Shown: positions 59,170-64,000 of the stretch, piece after piece
Position numbering within the stretch: position 1 is the stretch's first letter
Layout: each line of letters begins with the position of its first letter
Source: Squalus acanthias
Taxonomy: Eukaryota
Length of the DNA: 64,000 bases
Assembly (NCBI GenBank): GCA_030390025.1
Contig: CM059441.1
Span: 496,001-560,000 of the forward strand
Direction: 5' to 3'
The notes under the pieces: generated by a model
What the model saw: only the letters and a program-made list of their open reading frames with translations
Database searches by the model: none
What the model was told of the DNA's origin: nothing
Translations under genes and position numbers: made by a program

Positions 59170-61202
59170 ACTTCACAAAGACAGAGGGCTGCACCCTGCT
59201 TTTCCAATGACTTCCTACACATTCTTGTAGAGGGAGTCAGAGCACTCAGGGAGGTCCTCTTCCCTGCAGATGGGCAGAAGAGACCTCCCCAAGAGACCAA
59301 AAGAGCCTGGCTCCAAATTGCTGAGGAGGTCAACAACAAGGATATCATAAGGAGGACCTGGGTGCAGTGCAGAAAGCGCTTCAATGATCTGATGAGATCA
59401 GGAAAGATGAGTGCCAAGCCACACTCACCTTCATCCTAGTGTGCCTGTCACCTCATCGCCATTACTCTGCCTTCCCAAGCCTACTCCTGCACATCATTCT
59501 TCACACCAACATACCTTGCACGTCCACCCATCCCTCTCTCTCTATGTACATACTCACATCCCCATCTGAATAACCACCCTTCACACTCACCCACATCCCA
59601 ATGTAATCATACCAAGTCACACCACAGAAAGAGGCCATTTGGCATTGGCACCACATTCCTTCATAGTCACCTTCTACAGATGTAACCCACACATTCCTTA
59701 CACTCATTCCATCACTCTCACTCAAACTTCTTTCTTTCCCTCCTTGCAGGAGAAGAGAGCCCACCACAACAGGGAAAGGGAGAGAACCGGAGGTGGCCCA
59801 CCATCCTTCAGTACCTTAACTGCAGCAGAGGAGGTGGCCCTGGAGGTTTCAAGCGTTGCAGAGCTGCTGGTGGTGGGAGACGGAGAGAGGGAGACCTCTT
59901 GGTGACAGAATTACATCTCATACAGCCACATGGCATACAGCAGTCATTCATATGGTGACTGATGTCAGCAGCCAGTGAATGTTCATCATGTGCATAATGG
60001 TATCATTACCCATTCTTAATATCATATTTCTAAATCATCTCTTTACTCTCCCACAGGTCCATCAAGGGCCTCTCCCCACTGTCCAGCCGGAGGAGGAAGA
60101 CGACTCCTCTGAGGAGCCTCCAGCCTCTGAGGGTGCAGCATCAGCAGTCCCAAGCGCACCCAGCACCAGCGCAAAGACGCACACCTTGGTGGGTCTAGTG
60201 CGAGATAGAGTAGAGTTGTCACCTGGTGTCTCACACGTCACAAGTGAGCAAGAGCAGATGGTGTTGACAGGGACAGCAGTGGAGACTCCTCGCTGAAGGG
60301 CGCAGGACACTCCAAGCTCTGTTCAGCTGCATGCAGATGCTGAGCCTCAGGGGCCATCAAGAAAGAGGGTGATCCTGGAGGGGCAGCAAGAAATGCAGGA
60401 GGCTCTGGCAGGTTTTGCAGCCGGGACATCTGCAAATGTGCAGATAATGGAGGAGTCCATCTCGAACATGATCACCACCATGTCGCAGGCGATGGCGACA
60501 AAATTCTCTTCCATGGAAAGGATGGCCACCTGCATGGAGCAGCTAATGCGCGACTCACATGAGCACATGCTAGCTATGCAGAACAGATGGCAGAAGCTCA
60601 TAGACCACAAGCTACCACAGAAGGCAGTAGAGGCCAATTCATAAATAGATTCAAGAAGGAGTTGGATATATTTCTTAAGGCTAAAGGGATCAAGGGATAT
60701 GGGGAGAAAGCAGGGACAGGGTACTGAATTTGGATGATCAGCCATGATCGCATTGAATGGCGGAGCAGGCTCGAGGGGCCAGAATGGCCGACTCCTGCTC
60801 CTATCTTCTATGATTCTATGATTCTATGACCTCCTCTCTAGGTGCTCTCCAGCTCCTTGCTAGCAGGAAAGTGCAGGTGACCCATGAGAGGGATGATAGT
60901 GAGAGTGGACATGGAAGTGGGGGCTCCTCTCAAAGCGCTCCCACTTCTCCCCCATTGCCGCCAGCCCCCCAGTCAGAGCCCAGATGCTTCCTCGGATCGC
61001 GATGGCCGAGTCTGCCCCTGCACAGTCGCTGGAGGAGCAGACTTTGGCTGGGCCCTCACAGGCTCCAAAACCCAGAGGACGTCCATCAAAAGTGTCAAAG
61101 CATTCGCAGCAGGGAAGTGAGCAGCCTGCCTCTACCTCTGCTGAAGCCACAGGTGGTGCACCTTGTAGAAGCACGCGTAAAAGAAAAATGACACTGAAGT
61201 AG
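59170..61202 (+). pseudogene. Myb/SANT-like gene of element 2; exons ~59170-59406, 59750-59901, 60057-61202
   Basis: WLQIAEEV...RTWVQCRKRFNDL; first donor mutated GT>AT; CR1 insertion in exon 3. Confidence 0.85.
60612..60828 (+). mobile_element. Young CR1 3' fragment inserted in the Myb exon
   Basis: Near-identical to 7392-7590; absent from element 1. Confidence 0.9.
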
Positions 61203-61504
61203 ATGCACAAAGGTAAGCACATGGGAGTATAAAGAAGTGTTATTGTTAAGGTTCCATTACTGTTATCACACATATAAAAGTATTTATTTTCACCACTCTC
61301 CGGTCATGCCCATTTTTGTTTGCTACTTTGGAAGTGGCTTAGTGAGTTGGAGTGAATGGTGAGACATAACGTTACCTCCAGCAATGGGATTCAAGTGTGA
61401 AAGGAATGGCTTGTTCATCGTCGGTATGCGTTATGGTGTTGTTGTTGGGGGGGAGGGGGAAATTGGCACAGCTTGTGGCAGCCATATGGGTGCATTGCAG
61501 GAAG

Positions 61505-62490
61505 TTAAGTAAATCTGGTCATGATGAGGCCATCCCTAGCCTCCCGGGGCTGCAATGTGCTCCGGTGCTGGTGCCATCTCAACCTCAGGTTCCTTCTGCT
61601 CCTCCTCGTCTTCCAGCTGATGCTCCTCCTTTGAAGAGGCTGTGCGCTCAGTGTCTTGCTCCTCATGCAGCTCTAATCCTCGCTGCTGCACTATGTTGTG
61701 CAGCACGCAACAGACGACAACGACCCTGGAGACCCTGGCTGGTACGTACTGAAGGGCCTTTTCAAGGGTGTCACGAGCCACGTCTTCAGTGGATAGCCCT
61801 TGTCTCTATGGTTCTATGGTTGCAGATGAGCTGCACAGTGAGGGAGTGGAAGCCCTTGTGGTTCACAAACACTCTGGTTGATATAGGGGTGCCCTGATGC
61901 CCACCTGTGTGCAGTCAATGATGCCCTGCACCCATGGGAAGCCAGCTAGAGCGGCAAAGCTGAGCGCCCGCTCACTAACAGTGGCTTCACCAGTGGCAAA
62001 GTTCACATGATTGGCTGACAAGTTAAACCTGGCATCGGTGACCTGGGTGATGCATCTGTGGGCGGCCAGCTGCAAGATGCTGCAAATGTCTGCTGCAGAT
62101 CCCTGGAAGGAGCCTGAGGCGAAGAAGTTGAGGTCGCTCAAGACTTTGACAGTCACTGGTAAGGTGTGTCCACCAGGTCCTCTGGGCTGCAGGTCTTGCT
62201 CCAGCAAGCTGCAAATGTCTGCGACGGCCTGGCGCGATAGCCTGAGCCTCCATTGGCACTGCTGCTCAGTCATGTTGAGGAAGCTCTGCCTGTATACCCT
62301 GTGTTGGGGGTATCGCCTCCGGCATGGTGGAGCCCTGCGCTGATGCCCTCTGTCCTGTGGAGCATCAGGGTCGTTGAGGGGAAGTTTGGTGATGTTGTTA
62401 CTGCTGCTGCTGGTGGTGGGGCTCACCTTGGTCCGATTGTGAGGACCAAGGTGAGACAATATAAGCAGCACCCTTGGTGATGTCATAGAT
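61505..62490 (-). pseudogene. Harbinger transposase of element 2, internally deleted
   Basis: [24 protein letters not shown]; central DDE segments missing near 61760-61820. Confidence 0.88.
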
Positions 62491-63168
62491 GGCAGGTAGA
62501 GATCAGCGGAGCAATCTGTCAATATTGTGATAGTTACTAGCAATCTGGTGAGAGTGGCTTCTGAGGTTGCAGAAAAGACTTGCAAACTCTAGACACCTAA
62601 ATCTTTGCTCAAAATGGAGTCAGCAAGAGCTTTTCTCATAGGCAAGTAATGAGGTGCCATGTGGGAGTATTTATTGGGATTTCCATGCTGTGCATTAATG
62701 ACCTCGCTCAATGGCCACTGAGCTTCCACCTCAGATTGACAGAAGTGGTTCCCGAGCTGCGTGATTCCCGTGGTCATCAAGTGAAAATCAAAAGGTCTGG
62801 TTAAAATCCCTGTTAAGGGTCTCACAACAAGGATTTAATGAGCTTAATTAGGTTGCCCGCCTCTGCTGTTCGAGTCTGTGGTGCGCTGGCAAATGCACCC
62901 GAGTTAAAGGCATGAGGAGATGGGATGACAGCACGTTCCCAACGCGCTCGCATTTTCTGCAGACCCGCCTCCAAACCCACACGCACAGCAGAGGGAAAAT
63001 TATGGCCTGGGTGTTTGAGAAGTCTCCAAAACTGCGTTAGTTTCTTTAACTGGCCCTTTGCAAGCACAAATTGGCTTTCACTAAGGTTCCTTAATCCAAT
63101 TTTGGAGTATTAGAAATAGTCAGAGAAATTATAAACATGAACAAATACTCCAATAGTGCTTACTCTTA

Positions 63169-64000
63169 GGGCTTGAAATTTATTATAGCCCAGGAATGGG
63201 CGGTAAAATTAGAAGAGTTGGAGAATTAGCGCCAGGCGCTAATGCTTTAGACTGCATGCAAAATTCGCACTCACTGTTCAAAGGAATGATTGGCGCGCTA
63301 ATTCAAGTCTTAAAGCACAAGCTCATTGGCGTTACGCTCAAAGGGTGGACCAATATCAAGTGCAGTCGAATCGCAAGTCATGATTGCCACAGGCTTTTTT
63401 CAGTTCTTAAAGGGGAGGTTCATTGATGCTGCAGAACCTCATTCTCCGCATTGCTGGCTGTGCAGCTGCCTCAGCAAGCAGCAGCAGGTCAAGGAGAAGG
63501 AGCCGGAGGACTGAAGCAGCTGTATTAATCGCAGGTTCACACCCCAGGGAGAGAGCCCGCAGATTCTGTATCAAGCATTGGCGGCGTTGGTGTTCGCTGT
63601 GGAGAGACAGAGGGCGGTGCTCTACCCGGCAAGTGGCAGGAGGCCTTCGCCGCAAGTCTTCCGAACCATGTGGAGGGAGGTACGCAGCACGTCTCGGGCA
63701 GCACTGTGGTCACCAAGACCCACACACAGTGCAGGAAGAAATTTAACAACCTCACTCGGGTGGTCAGGGTGAGTGAATGCTTCAACAAATGCTACATACC
63801 ACCATCTGAACCACAGTCTTCACATACTGCCGAAAGCACCACACCCCCAGCACTCACCCACCAACAATCTCTACCTACCAACACTCACACCAACATCTCA
63901 CACCTTGCACACAATGACAGCTATTCAACTATGTCAGGCACATCTCCCAAACACATTGCTCCGCACTCACTCACAGACTTTCCTTTCTCTTGCAGGCCAA
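63169..64000 (+). mobile_element. Harbinger element 4 (family of element 3), Myb end, truncated by the window edge
   Basis: Starts GGGCTTGAAATT after TTA; reverse-complement homologue of 43700-44323 plus 46189-46329. Confidence 0.85.
63527..63768 (+). pseudogene. Myb/SANT exon 1 of element 4 (intron 63769-63995)
   Basis: ALAALVFAVERQRAVLYP...W.EV...TQCRKKFNNL; GTGAGT donor; tttctcttgcAG acceptor; frameshifts. Confidence 0.82.

Larger units (their letters stand above)
58873..63008. mobile_element. PIF/Harbinger DNA transposon (element 2; relative of element 1), defective
   Basis: Imperfect TIRs GGGCTGGAATGTTCCC / GGGAAAATTATGGCCT; colinear with 28203-32293. Confidence 0.88.

Overview
Eukaryotic, repeat-dense vertebrate DNA. 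The repeat mix (CR1/HER1-like and L2 LINEs, DeuSINE-like SINEs, Penelope elements) points to a cartilaginous fish; this is inference. No complete host gene is present: three candidate minus-strand exons (54764-54880, 8890-9456, 2656-2906 with a likely ATG) suggest the window is mostly large 5' introns of an unidentified gene. Most other ORFs are transposon relics or their antisense shadows. Four PIF/Harbinger elements are present: three carry the convergent transposase + intron-containing Myb/SANT gene pair (28203-32293, 37376-46329, 58873-63008) and one is cut off by the window end (63169-64000). There are also several Harbinger-type MITEs. The 37376-46329 Harbinger sits inside a SINE and itself hosts a near-intact Ty3/Gypsy LTR retrotransposon (39183-43655, 5-bp TSD) and a Penelope-like element with a minimal hammerhead ribozyme (44324-46177). 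The most notable signal is that the Gypsy element has no recognisable tRNA primer-binding site; instead the 12 nt after its 5' LTR are the exact reverse complement of an initiator-like/poly(A)-signal segment in its own LTR, suggesting self-priming. Other items: a MITE family conserving a hairpin and a GT-AG intron, a perfect 92-bp Penelope fold-back insertion, and a young 35-bp minisatellite born inside a dead transposase gene.
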